Source: an archaeon
GTDB taxonomy: Archaea; Methanobacteriota_B; Thermococci; Methanofastidiosales; NM3
Assembly: GCA_004212155.1 (NCBI GenBank)
Contig: RXIG01000023.1
Span: forward strand, 1-15,653
Direction: 5' to 3'
DNA: 15,653 nucleotides
Shown here: piece after piece, positions 15,494 to 15,653 of the stretch
Layout of the letters: each line of letters opens with the position of its first letter
Numbering within the stretch: the first letter of the stretch is position 1
Position numbers and translations under genes: made by a program
Notes under the pieces: model-generated
What the model was told of the DNA's origin: nothing
Seen by the model: only the letters and a program-made list of their open reading frames with translations
Databases searched by the model: none

Positions 15494-15577
15494 CAATTCA
15501 CGACCAACGATCGTTCCATGAAGGACTCACCGTACATACGCATATCTTACGCCCGACCCCGGATTCTTTCGGAACCC

Positions 15578-15653
15578 CATGCCTTAGACGATTAGTACTG
15601 GCGGGCTGAGCATCTCGCCGAAGCTTGATGCGTACACCCCCAGCCTATCGACC
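15578..15653 (-). rRNA. rrl: 23S rRNA, 3' end (partial; gene continues beyond the window)
   Basis: Reverse complement GGTCGATAGGCTGGGGGTGTACGCATCAAGCTTCGGCGAGATGCTCAGCCCGCCAGTACTAATCGTCTAAGGCAT matches the archaeal 23S domain VI end (GATAGG..GTGTA..CAGC..TACTAAT), with a C(UUCG)G-capped terminal helix. 3' boundary is approximate. Confidence 0.93.

Noticed and set aside
15413-15595. 60-aa plus-strand ORF at the window end
   Set aside because: Antisense to the 23S 3' end, its trailer and the small membrane ORF, with no coding features

Overview
GC-rich archaeal chromosomal segment, mostly housekeeping. The Thermococcales-like lipobox 'AAGCIGG', Alba, PriS and a 23S gene without a linked 5S suggest a Thermococci/Methanofastidiosa/Theionarchaea-type lineage, but this is inference. 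In order: N-terminus of a lipoprotein with a Pro/Thr tandem repeat (missed by the ORF track), HAD hydrolase + short NfeD-like gene, TIM-barrel protein, DUF354 GT-B-like protein, a large secreted membrane-anchored metallophosphoesterase, albA, a decayed IS200/IS605 tnpA remnant with its end hairpin (not in the ORF track), a phytoene-desaturase-like FAD oxidoreductase whose stop codon lies inside the IS remnant, orphan iorB, a second TIM-barrel protein, an MFS transporter, topA, a nitrilase-family hydrolase, a SerB-like HAD, priS, an unannotated 43-aa two-helix membrane ORF, and the 3' end of a 23S rRNA gene on the minus strand. I found no CRISPR array, tRNA or clear novel multi-gene system. The best leads are the IS200 relic and gene-end capture, a second copy of the motif next to the IS hairpin about 3 kb away, and the small membrane ORF sitting where 5S rRNA often lies.
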